This document shows, piece by piece, positions 56,215 to 64,000 of a stretch of 64,000 bases of DNA. Below the pieces are notes generated by a model. It worked only from the letters and a program-made list of their open reading frames with translations. It searched no databases and was not told the origin of the DNA. Within the stretch, counting starts at the first letter, position 1, and each line of letters opens with the position of its first letter. Position numbers and translations under genes: made by a program. Source of the DNA: Myxococcales bacterium (lineage in GTDB: Bacteria > Myxococcota_A > Polyangia > Polyangiales > Ga0077539); assembly GCA_016793325.1 (NCBI GenBank), contig JAEUKI010000087.1, forward strand, positions 116,189-180,188. Direction: 5' to 3'.

Positions 56215-57339
56215 TCACGGCGCCACGCGGCACGGTCCGGTCGCGTACCGCGCGAACGTGTGCAGCTCGTTGCCGTGGCCGAGCGCGAAGCGCCGTGTGT
56301 TCTCTGCGTCGTTGGCCCACACCCAGAGCCTGCCGTACGCGACGACGAACTCGTCGCCCGTCGAGGGGTCGTGGTACTGCGCGTCGAATCGGCACGGGCT
56401 TCGTCCGACACACGGCCCGCTTCCGTCCGATGGAACATACCGCGCCACCGCATCGAGCCTCTGCCCGAGCGGGACCGACGCCACGGGCCTCCCGGAGCCG
56501 TCATAGATCCATCGCGCTCCCCGCGCAGTGATCTCTTCGCGCGTGAGCTCTCCGGTGCTCCAGTTGACCACGAGCGAGCGCGTATCGAAGCGGCACGCGC
56601 CTTCGACCTGTCCGCTGCACGGTCCGTTGAACGCCATCGAGTAGCGCGGGATCTCCTCGAGCAAGCCTGTCTGTACGAGGCGATAGCCGCCTTCGCTCGT
56701 GTAGTTGTAGAAGCGGCCCAATCGCGTGATGGACTCCCACAACACGCGGCCCATCGCGCCGGGGCCTTCGTAGAGGTCGAAGCTGTCGAACGTGCACTCG
56801 CTCGCGCCGCCCGCGCACGCGTTGGTCGCGCCTTGCCAGCGCGCGACGCTCACTGTTGTGTTTCCGCCGGCGTTGAGGGGCTCGTACGAGCCGTCGGGGT
56901 TGATCCAGAAGTTGTAGTATCGGCCGTACGCGAACACGGTCTCGAGCAATCGACGCGCGGCGCCGTCGGGATAGAGCCAGCGCCCCGCGCTCTCGAAGGT
57001 GCACGGCCGCCGAACCGCGCACGCGCCTCGACCGTCGCACACGAGTCCGTCCGCGCATCGCTCACCGAACGGACGTCCCGAGCACGAAGCGCTGTCTGCG
57101 ATCGCGGCGTCGCGAGCGCCATCGATGAGCACATCGCTCGGCGGCGCGACGTCCATCGGGCTCGTTGCGTCGGCGCTGTCAGCGATCGTCGCGTCGAGCG
57201 GAGCGCTCGTGTCCATCGCGTCGCTCGAGGACGGTCGGTCGACCGTGGCGTCGCGCGAGGTCACGCTCGTGTCGTCGCAGTGAACGAGCAGCAAGGCGGC
57301 GAGCGACGCGAGTCGCGTTGCGGTTGCGTGGGCGGCCAT
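56215..57339 (-). CDS. secreted protein with four ~65-aa internal repeats
   Basis: Signal peptide MAAHATATRLASLAALLLV. Acidic linker. Four units each start with C-(T/R)-F-(E/D) and contain an aromatic strand: GRYYNFW, GRFYNYT, ARWIYDG, GRLWVWA. Confidence 0.7.
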   Translation of the reverse strand: MAAHATATRLASLAALLLVHCDDTSVTSRDATVDRPSSSDAMDTSAPLDATIADSADATSPMDVAPPSDVLIDGARDAAIADSASCSGRPFGERCADGLVCDGRGACAVRRPCTFESAGRWLYPDGAARRLLETVFAYGRYYNFWINPDGSYEPLNAGGNTTVSVARWQGATNACAGGASECTFDSFDLYEGPGAMGRVLWESITRLGRFYNYTSEGGYRLVQTGLLEEIPRYSMAFNGPCSGQVEGACRFDTRSLVVNWSTGELTREEITARGARWIYDGSGRPVASVPLGQRLDAVARYVPSDGSGPCVGRSPCRFDAQYHDPSTGDEFVVAYGRLWVWANDAENTRRFALGHGNELHTFARYATGPCRVAP

Positions 57340-57342
57340 CGC

Positions 57343-58662
57343 TCACTCCGGCGTGTAGTAGAACGGCGCGCCGCACATCTCTTCGTCCGAGCCCTCACCG
57401 TTGCTCACCGCGGTGCTGTTCGGGTTGTCGTACTCGCACGTGATCGAGGTTCGCGTGCCTGCGGCCACGGGGATCCCGCCGTTGTACGAGTAGAAATACG
57501 CCTGCTGCCAGTGAAAATCCCACTGCGGAATGTCGACCGCGCACGTGTCGCCGATCCGAACGCTGATGCGTCGACCGATCTTGTGCATGTGCGGGAGCAC
57601 GCCCCAGAGCGTCCCTCGCGCGGGCACGGTCCACGTGCCGTTGACCGCGTAGCCCATCGTTCGGGGCGGGATCGAAAACGAGTTCGCGCCGGGGCCCGTG
57701 AGCTGCGCGAGGCGCGCGGGCTGCGCGGGGCTGAGCTCGAAGAGCACCGAGCTGCGGTCCGGCGGTGGCGCCGCGGCGCCCGGCATGAATCGGTAGTAGT
57801 GCATCTGCACGACCACGGCCTCGCCTGCGTTGATTTGAATTCCTGTGTTCTCGGGATACTTCGCGGGGGGCGTCCCCGGGACCCATACGCCGACCATCCT
57901 CGAGTTCGATAGGCCAGCACCGCCGAAGCACGAGTAGCCCCGCGGGTCCGAGGTGAGCCCCGCCGCGCTCGCCGCCGGGATCGCGTGCACGTTTGCGTGG
58001 TGAACCATCGCTCGAACGCCGGGCTCGATGTCGTAGCCAGTGACCCACACGGTGCGCGTCATCGAGCGCGCGAGCACGAAGCAACGATAGTCGTCCGCCA
58101 TCGTCGTCGAGCTGCTGAAGTCCGGAACGTACGGCGCGGCCATCGTGAGCCGCATGTCCGCGCGAAACGGAACCGTCATCGGCGTCGGAACCATCGTCGC
58201 GCGGGCCGGGTCGCCCTCGAGCGTTCCACCTGCGACCCAGCGGCGCACGAGGTCGATCTGCGCGTCGCTCAACGAACGATCGTGTTGAAACGTCGAACAG
58301 CCTGCCATGGGCATCCACGGCGGCATCGTCCGCGACTCGACCGCGGCCAACACCGATCGCGCCCGCGTTCGAGCGGCGTCGTACGTGTCGAGCGCGAACG
58401 GGCCGACCTCGCCGGCGCGGTGACAGCTCGAGCAGCGGCTCGCGATGATCGGTCGAACGTGCTCGAGCCACGTCACCGCGCTCGCGGAAGTCCCGCTGTC
58501 CGTCGCTGCTTGGTCCGCGCCGATGTCGCTGGCCATCGCAGCGTCGGTGACCGCGTCCGGGGCGCTCGAGACGTCCATCGCTGCGTCCGTCGTTGGGGTC
58601 TCGACGGGCGAGCACGCCGCCAACGCGCAACACAACAGCGGGGCGATCTGCCGGTACGACAT
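57343..58662 (-). CDS. cytochrome c domain fused to PHM/DBH-like copper monooxygenase fold (lipoprotein)
   Basis: Trimmed to aa114 (MSYRQIAPLLCCALAAC). Haem c motif CSSCH. Candidate copper ligands: AMVHHANVH, VQMHYY, LPHMHKIG, DEEMCGAPFYY. Confidence 0.8.
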   Translation of the reverse strand: MSYRQIAPLLCCALAACSPVETPTTDAAMDVSSAPDAVTDAAMASDIGADQAATDSGTSASAVTWLEHVRPIIASRCSSCHRAGEVGPFALDTYDAARTRARSVLAAVESRTMPPWMPMAGCSTFQHDRSLSDAQIDLVRRWVAGGTLEGDPARATMVPTPMTVPFRADMRLTMAAPYVPDFSSSTTMADDYRCFVLARSMTRTVWVTGYDIEPGVRAMVHHANVHAIPAASAAGLTSDPRGYSCFGGAGLSNSRMVGVWVPGTPPAKYPENTGIQINAGEAVVVQMHYYRFMPGAAAPPPDRSSVLFELSPAQPARLAQLTGPGANSFSIPPRTMGYAVNGTWTVPARGTLWGVLPHMHKIGRRISVRIGDTCAVDIPQWDFHWQQAYFYSYNGGIPVAAGTRTSITCEYDNPNSTAVSNGEGSDEEMCGAPFYYTPE

Positions 58663-58709
58663 GCGCCGAGGATAGCCGTTCGCGGCGAGCTTTTGTTCGG
58701 CGCGATCCC

Positions 58710-59324
58710 CTACGAACCGACGACGAACCCGAAATGCGCCGCGACGAGCGCCGCGCTGTCCCGGGAGATCTTCGCGCCCTTCACCTTGTTTTGCGTCGGA
58801 TCGATCATCACGCCGGTCGCGGTCGACAGATCCGCGCGCGTGAGATCGCAGCGCTCGAAGCGCGTCCCGCGAAGGTCGCTCTCGCGAAAGTCCGACTGCG
58901 CGAGGTCGCAGCGCTCGAAGGTCGCATCGGTGACTCGGCACGATCGACAGCGCAGCTTGCGCAGCGTCAGCCCCACGAACGTGGCGAGCTGCACATCGCA
59001 TTCGTCCAGTGAAAACGCAGGAAACTCACCGATCGTCGAGAAGTCCACGCCCATGAGCCGCGCGCGTCGAAAGGTCGCGTCGCGCAGCCTCGTCGCCGCG
59101 AGCCTCGCCCCCGCGAGGTCGCAGTCGACGAACGAGCAATCTTCGATCAGCGCTCCAGCCCACAAAGACTCCTGCAACGACACCGCTGAAAACGTGCATC
59201 GCGAGAGCGTCCTGTGCGCGAACGAGACCCTTCGCAAATCGACGTTGGCGAAGTGAAGCTCGTCGAGCTCGATCGATCGCTCGATCAGCGCCGCCGCCTC
59301 GCCCGAATCCGTGAGAGCTCTCAT
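58710..59324 (-). CDS. pentapeptide-repeat protein
   Basis: Continuous A(D/N)LxX-type repeats (ANVDLRRVSFAHRTLSRCTFSAVSLQESLWAGALIEDCSFVDCDLAGARL...). Confidence 0.9.
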   Translation of the reverse strand: MRALTDSGEAAALIERSIELDELHFANVDLRRVSFAHRTLSRCTFSAVSLQESLWAGALIEDCSFVDCDLAGARLAATRLRDATFRRARLMGVDFSTIGEFPAFSLDECDVQLATFVGLTLRKLRCRSCRVTDATFERCDLAQSDFRESDLRGTRFERCDLTRADLSTATGVMIDPTQNKVKGAKISRDSAALVAAHFGFVVGS

Positions 59325-59355
59325 TGCGCGGGTGGGTACCAGATTGGCTGCTTAA

Positions 59356-60450
59356 TCACGGCCCGGCGACGCACGTTCCGCCGCAGCCGTCCGGGGCGCC
59401 CGAGGCTGTGCACGCGCAGCGCTGCGCGACGCTCGCGGGCCGCCCGCCTGAGAAGTCCTGGTTCATCCATACGCGCCCGCGGTTGTCGAAGGCGAACCCG
59501 CAGCTCACCTGCGTGAACGCGCTGTTTCGCATGTTGTACCAGTGACCGTTCGCGGAGGTGTACGCCGCGTTGCTCGGCATGCCGATGCCTTCGTCCCACA
59601 TCAGCTGCAAGCACGAGTACATCTGCGCGCGGATCTCTGCGTAGGTCGCGCCGCTGCGCATGCAGCACGTATTTTGTCCGACGGTTCCGGTCCATGGGCA
59701 GCTGAACGACGTCGTGTGCGCGCCCGCGCAGCCGCCCGCGCCGCCGTTGACGACCATGTCTCCGAGCGCCTGCGCTGTGCTGCAGGCGTTGTTGCCCATG
59801 AGGTGATTGAGCGCTGTCCGCGGCACACCAGGGTCCGACGAGCCGTTGCTGAAGCGAATCGTTCCCGCGCGGTACTGGTTGATCCGATCGATGCAGTCTT
59901 GATGAAGCTGCCCGAGCTGCGTGTACGTCAGCCCCGCGGGTAGCCGCACGAAGCCAGATGGAACTCCCGCGGTGAACGTCGAAACCCCGCCCACGCGTCG
60001 GTAGTAGCCGCGCGCGGTGTAGTCGACGACGCCTCCTCCGCTCGCGTCGATCGGCGGCGGCACGTCCACCACGGGGACGTCGCGCGGCGAGGGAACATCC
60101 GGCATCGACGCCACGTCCGCCACGCGAACATCACTCGTCCCCGTGTCCGAGCGAACGTCCGCGGCGCGAACGTCCATGGGCAACCCAGTATCGCGCGGCG
60201 AACCGCTGTCTCTCGAGGACGTGCTGTCCATCGCGATCCCGCTGTCCAAAGGCGCTCCCACGCCAGTGTCGATCGCGCTCGACGCGTCGAACGACGGGAC
60301 GTCCGACGGTTGTGTCGTCGAGTCCATTCCGTTCGAGCCGTCCTGCATCGAGGACGTTCGAGCGTCGATCGGCGTCGCGTCCCCGTTCATCGATGGATCG
60401 ACGCCGCACGCCGCGACGAGGCAACAGATACCCAGAGAGACGCTGCGCAT
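59356..60450 (-). CDS. CAP/SCP/PR1-like domain lipoprotein
   Basis: Trimmed to aa255 (MRSVSLGICCLVAAC). Long acidic D/S/V/P linker. The C-terminal domain has INQYRAG... and GHWYNMRNSAFTQVSCGFA, typical of CAP domains. Confidence 0.75.
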   Translation of the reverse strand: MRSVSLGICCLVAACGVDPSMNGDATPIDARTSSMQDGSNGMDSTTQPSDVPSFDASSAIDTGVGAPLDSGIAMDSTSSRDSGSPRDTGLPMDVRAADVRSDTGTSDVRVADVASMPDVPSPRDVPVVDVPPPIDASGGGVVDYTARGYYRRVGGVSTFTAGVPSGFVRLPAGLTYTQLGQLHQDCIDRINQYRAGTIRFSNGSSDPGVPRTALNHLMGNNACSTAQALGDMVVNGGAGGCAGAHTTSFSCPWTGTVGQNTCCMRSGATYAEIRAQMYSCLQLMWDEGIGMPSNAAYTSANGHWYNMRNSAFTQVSCGFAFDNRGRVWMNQDFSGGRPASVAQRCACTASGAPDGCGGTCVAGP

Positions 60451-60550
60451 CGGACGAAGGTATCGAGGGTGTGGCGCCGTTCGCAAATCACGAAGATTGG
60501 GTCGCGCTCCCCGATCGACCGCGCTTTTCGCGTGGCAGACTCGTGGGCCG

Positions 60551-63178
60551 ATGCCGGACCTCGAGTCGAGCGCGGAGGCGCTGCGGGACGAGCGCGTTGC
60601 TGCCGCGAGAAAGCGGCTGCGAGACGCGACGACAGAGACCAAACGCGCGGACGCAATCTGCGACGAGCTCGCGGCGCTCGTGGCGTTCGAGCGCGACGAC
60701 GGGGGGCTCGCCGACGAATCGGCGCCGAGGATCGCCGCGCGGCTGAGAGTCGGGGAGCTGTCGGTCGATCGCGTGGTCGGCGCGGTCAGCGCAGCGCACT
60801 CAGCGCGCGCGACCGAGCTCGTCAACGAGCTCACATGGGTGCTTTGCGCGCGCGACTGGCTCGCGCTCGAGGCGCGCGTCCCGCTCGCCGTGGACGTTCG
60901 TCCGCAGTGCGCCGCGCGGATCGCACGAGAACGAGACATCGATGGAGCGCTGTTGCTCGTCACCGCGGATCCGCCGACGATGTTCGTGGCGACCCTCGCG
61001 GCGGTGAGCCCGTTTCTCACCCGCGCGCAGCTCGCTCCGTTGCGGCAACGGTGCCTCGAAGAGCTCGAGTTGCTCGGCGAGCTCGGCGACGATCGCGAGT
61101 ACTTCGTGTCCGCCTCGGCGATCGCGAGGTGCCTCGACGCGTCCGAACAAGCTCCGCTCGTGACGGCGCTCGCCGACCGAGCGCTGAGCTTCGATCCAGG
61201 GATGCTCGACACCGACTACGGCCGCGACGACTGGCGCGTCGACGTCCTTCGAACGTTGCTCGAAGCCAACGAGCGCGCCGCGGCCGACGCGCTGTTCGAG
61301 TGGGTCTCGACCAACGAGGACCCCGCCGCGCCGACGCCGGGTCCGAACCTCGCCGACGCGCTCGCCGTCATGCTCGCGAACGAAACGCCCGAAGGGCGAG
61401 CAGCGCTCGAAGCGCGAGCGTTCGAGGTCGTGCAGAGCTATCCAGAGCCCGGCTTCGCGTCACGCGCGCTGCTCGCGACACTTCGAGGCGAGGCGCGCGA
61501 ACGGCTCGTCGACCGCCTGCGAGCGGACTTCGACGCGGGGCAGGAGTCCATGCCTCCGCAGATCTTGCGTCCCGACCAACGCGAGCGCTTCTGGCGCAGG
61601 ACCCTCGACGAGCTCGCGCGCTTCGGGTCCGCGACGACGATGCTCGACGCCATGGATTCGGACCCGCAAATCGCAGACGACTTGATTGCGTGGACAGATT
61701 TTCAATTCGACGCACCGCCGCTCGACACGCCGCTCGAGTCCGACGCGCTCGCGCCCATCGGGTGGCTGGCGCGCGACGGCTGTCCTGCAGCCTTGCGTCT
61801 GCTCGTGCTCGCGAGCGCGGACGTATCGATCGCGGACGCGAGCGCGTTCTACGTCGGGCTCGGTGACGACGCCGTGCGCGCGGTGCTTCGCGCGTGCCCT
61901 GCGGCGTCCCGATCGACGCGCGAACGCATCGCCGACGTTCGCCCAGCGCTCCAGGCGGCGAGCGCGGTCGTGCGCGACGAGCTTTGGCGAGCGCTCGACG
62001 TTCGAAGCATGTCGCGCGCATCCCTCGAAGCGCTCGCGTGGCTCGCGCCCGAAGACGCCATCGACTCGATCGTGTGCGCCCTCGTTCAGCGCACGCAAGG
62101 GCGTCGATCTGGGCGAGAGCTCTTCACGATCGACGAGCCGCGGGTGAACGAAGCTGTCGCGCGATGGCTCTTCGCCGCGCCGCTCGACGAGTGGGGCGAC
62201 GCGAAAGACACCGCCGTCGCGGTCGCTCAGCAGCTCGGTCGAGATCCGGCCGTCGCGCGCGAGGCGCTGCGACGCGCGTATGCGTCGATCGACGAAGTCC
62301 CCACGCGAGAGCTGCCCGCGTCTCTCGCGCTCGAGCGCCTCCGGACGCAGCTGAAAGACGACGAACGATCGTGGGACGTCGCGTCGATCGACGCGTGGTT
62401 CGTGGCTCGTGTCGCGGTCGAGCCCGACGCTCCGGCGGTGTTGGCGACGGCGGCTGCGCGCGCGATCGCGGCGCTGGCCGAGGGGCGGGCCGATCCGAAC
62501 GACGCGGTGATCCTCACGGTCTCCGCGCTGGTGCAGCACGCCCCTGCGAGCGCGCTCGCGCCGCTCGAGACCTATGCGTGGGCGCTCGAAGACGATCCAC
62601 TCGCGCGCGCCGTGATGCTTCGATGCAAGGCGCTGGGTCGACGCGGGACCGTCGAGCGCGTCGCGCGACGCGTGTTCGATGCGTTTTGGTCGGACGACGA
62701 GCTCGATCCGCAGCGGGTGTTCTTGTTGAATTCCTGTGCGCACCCAGATCGGCTCACTGTGGCCGAGGCCGTCGACGAGTCGATCGGACTCGCGTTCTAC
62801 GAGCCGCTCTTCGACGCGGACGAGGTCGCTCGCGCCGGGATGTGCGACGAGCTGCTCGACGCGTTCGCGACGGTGACCGAGCAACAGCTCGACGCTGCCG
62901 GAAGACTCTGGCCGCACGCGAGCGACGATGCCCGGGCGAGGGCGGCGCCATGGGTCGCGCGCGCGCTCGAGACGGCGAGCATCGCTTCGATCCCCGCGCC
63001 GCTCGCCCCGCTCGCTGACCCCTCGTGGCTCGTCCAGCGATGGTGCGAGCGCCCCGCGACGACGGTCGCCGAGCTCTGCGCATCGCCCGCGGTGCTCCAG
63101 CGAATGATCGGCGGAGACGGGCTCGATCGCGTCGCGCAAACGCTCATTCGAAATCTCGGCGCGTGGATCGATGGGTGA
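60551..63178 (+). CDS. large all-helical hypothetical protein (875 aa)
   Basis: Trimmed to aa137 (MPDLESSAEAL). The earlier part is antisense to the CAP gene. Leu/Ala/Asp/Glu-rich and repeat-like helical. No motif recognised. Confidence 0.7.
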   Translation: MPDLESSAEALRDERVAAARKRLRDATTETKRADAICDELAALVAFERDDGGLADESAPRIAARLRVGELSVDRVVGAVSAAHSARATELVNELTWVLCARDWLALEARVPLAVDVRPQCAARIARERDIDGALLLVTADPPTMFVATLAAVSPFLTRAQLAPLRQRCLEELELLGELGDDREYFVSASAIARCLDASEQAPLVTALADRALSFDPGMLDTDYGRDDWRVDVLRTLLEANERAAADALFEWVSTNEDPAAPTPGPNLADALAVMLANETPEGRAALEARAFEVVQSYPEPGFASRALLATLRGEARERLVDRLRADFDAGQESMPPQILRPDQRERFWRRTLDELARFGSATTMLDAMDSDPQIADDLIAWTDFQFDAPPLDTPLESDALAPIGWLARDGCPAALRLLVLASADVSIADASAFYVGLGDDAVRAVLRACPAASRSTRERIADVRPALQAASAVVRDELWRALDVRSMSRASLEALAWLAPEDAIDSIVCALVQRTQGRRSGRELFTIDEPRVNEAVARWLFAAPLDEWGDAKDTAVAVAQQLGRDPAVAREALRRAYASIDEVPTRELPASLALERLRTQLKDDERSWDVASIDAWFVARVAVEPDAPAVLATAAARAIAALAEGRADPNDAVILTVSALVQHAPASALAPLETYAWALEDDPLARAVMLRCKALGRRGTVERVARRVFDAFWSDDELDPQRVFLLNSCAHPDRLTVAEAVDESIGLAFYEPLFDADEVARAGMCDELLDAFATVTEQQLDAAGRLWPHASDDARARAAPWVARALETASIASIPAPLAPLADPSWLVQRWCERPATTVAELCASPAVLQRMIGGDGLDRVAQTLIRNLGAWIDG

Positions 63179-63316
63179 TCGCCCGGCGTCGCGACGTCCC
63201 TGCGCGACGGGCTCCGATCGACGGCGGACTGACCGAAGAAATCCAGCCCAAACTCACGCCGCCGAGCGCGAACGCGAACCGAGCGGGCCATCGCGGGACT
63301 CGTCTGCGCGCCCGAA

Positions 63317-63338
63317 ACACCCCGAAGCGTCGGGGTGT
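63317..63338 (+). promoter_or_regulatory. 9-bp GC stem-loop just upstream of the last CDS
   Basis: acaccccga-agcg-tcggggtgt, ending 17 nt before the ATG at 63355. No U-tract. Function unknown. Confidence 0.25.
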
Positions 63339-63354
63339 AGGCTCGCGACGCGTC

Positions 63355-64000
63355 ATGTTCGAGTTTCGGCGAGTCACAGGGAAGGTGCGTTGTCGTCGTT
63401 GTCGCGAAGCGCTCGCCGAGGGCGAATGGATGAGCCGTGCGTGGATACGAACCAGCCCGACCCTCGAGACCACGTTCGACATCTACTACCACCCGTCGTG
63501 CGCGGTCGACGTCGACCCGTGCGCGATGGCGCGGCTGTTTGCGTTCGAGTCGGGGTATCCCAATGACGAGTGGCGCGCGGCGACCGCGGCAGATCGCGCG
63601 GAGCTCGCGCTGGTCGAGCAGCTCGCGAAGAAGCGCGCGGACGCTGCCGACCGGCTCGAGAAGGACCGCGCACGGGCCGCAGCGGGCAAGAAGGTCGAGC
63701 CGTGGACGATCGAACCCGCGACCGATCGTCGAGGACGGCCGAGGGTACGCGTGCGATTCGCAGGCAACGCGAGCGCGGCGGACGCGTTCGGTCCGCTCTT
63801 CGAGAAGTGCATCCCCGACTGGACGCTCTCTGCGCCGAAGCGAGAGTACGTGTTGGTTCCCATCAGCCGGGCGTGGAACCGGAGCTACGATGATCCATCG
63901 CAGCCCGTCGTCGCCGCGCTGTTCGGAACCCGCAGCGACGTGAAGATCGTCGGCGCACAACGCGAGAAGGTCCGCGCGTGGAAGGACGAGGGACTCCCGA
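63355..64000 (+). CDS. protein with N-terminal PARP-type zinc-finger-like motif (3' end outside window)
   Basis: Not in the ORF track because no stop occurs before the window edge. I translated by hand from the ATG at 63355: MFEFRRVTGKVRCRRCREALAEGEWMSRAWIRTSPTLETTFDIYYHPSCAVD... This gives C-x2-C-x29-H-x2-C. The frame is GC3-rich and open to 64000. Confidence 0.65.
   Translation, partial: MFEFRRVTGKVRCRRCREALAEGEWMSRAWIRTSPTLETTFDIYYHPSCAVDVDPCAMARLFAFESGYPNDEWRAATAADRAELALVEQLAKKRADAADRLEKDRARAAAGKKVEPWTIEPATDRRGRPRVRVRFAGNASAADAFGPLFEKCIPDWTLSAPKREYVLVPISRAWNRSYDDPSQPVVAALFGTRSDVKIVGAQREKVRAWKDEGLP

Noticed and set aside
55993-59256. 639-aa (55993..57912) and 423-aa (57985..59256) plus-strand ORFs
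   Set aside because: They are antisense to the three-gene minus-strand operon. Arg-rich with no motifs.
60143-60550. N-terminal 136 codons of track ORF 60143..63178
   Set aside because: This part is antisense to the CAP-domain lipoprotein gene and has low-complexity composition. I moved the start to the ATG at 60551.
63175-63354. GTG-initiated 60-codon N-terminal extension of the last CDS
   Set aside because: It is possible, given the GTGA overlap with the upstream stop. However, the extension is Arg-rich and the zinc-finger motif begins right at the ATG at 63355. I annotated the shorter form and flagged the alternative in the findings.
61460-63960. 559-aa (61460..63139) and 387-aa (62797..63960) minus-strand ORFs
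   Set aside because: They are antisense to the large helical protein and to the unlisted zinc-finger CDS. Arg-rich.

Overview
The window is about 70% GC and densely coding on both strands. I support about 55 CDS, two of them decayed. I found no rRNA, tRNA, CRISPR array, transposase or integrase.

The content suggests a myxobacterial chromosome (Sorangiineae or Sandaracinus-like); this is inference only. It includes MopE-type Cys-rich modules, RCC1 and PD40 propellers, a eukaryote-like Ser/Thr kinase fused to a P-loop/TPR region, and many lipoproteins with acidic D/A/S/T linkers. The region reads as an accessory secretome neighbourhood mixed with small redox and housekeeping enzymes.

Most very long ORFs in the six-frame track are antisense or off-frame high-GC artefacts (Arg/Ala-rich, no motifs). 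Many true starts are internal to the listed ORFs. I placed them by signal peptides, Shine-Dalgarno sequences and neighbouring genes, so start coordinates are approximate.

I did not find a canonical defence, secretion or biosynthetic system. The observations I rank highest are:
- A three-gene operon at 56.2-59.3 kb: a pentapeptide-repeat protein, a cytochrome c-fused PHM/DBH-like copper monooxygenase, and a four-fold-repeat secreted protein.
- A perfect 58-bp inverted-repeat element at 47.06-47.24 kb.
- A yaeQ gene frameshifted inside a (GC)6 tract.
- A secreted protein with two LCCL domains.
- An orphan divergent gene pair abutting a decayed phosphatase remnant.
- A receiver-like domain fused to an HExxH domain.
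- A CDS missing from the ORF track that runs off the 3' edge and carries a PARP-type zinc-finger spacing.

All family assignments come from motif recognition by eye. None has been checked by database search.
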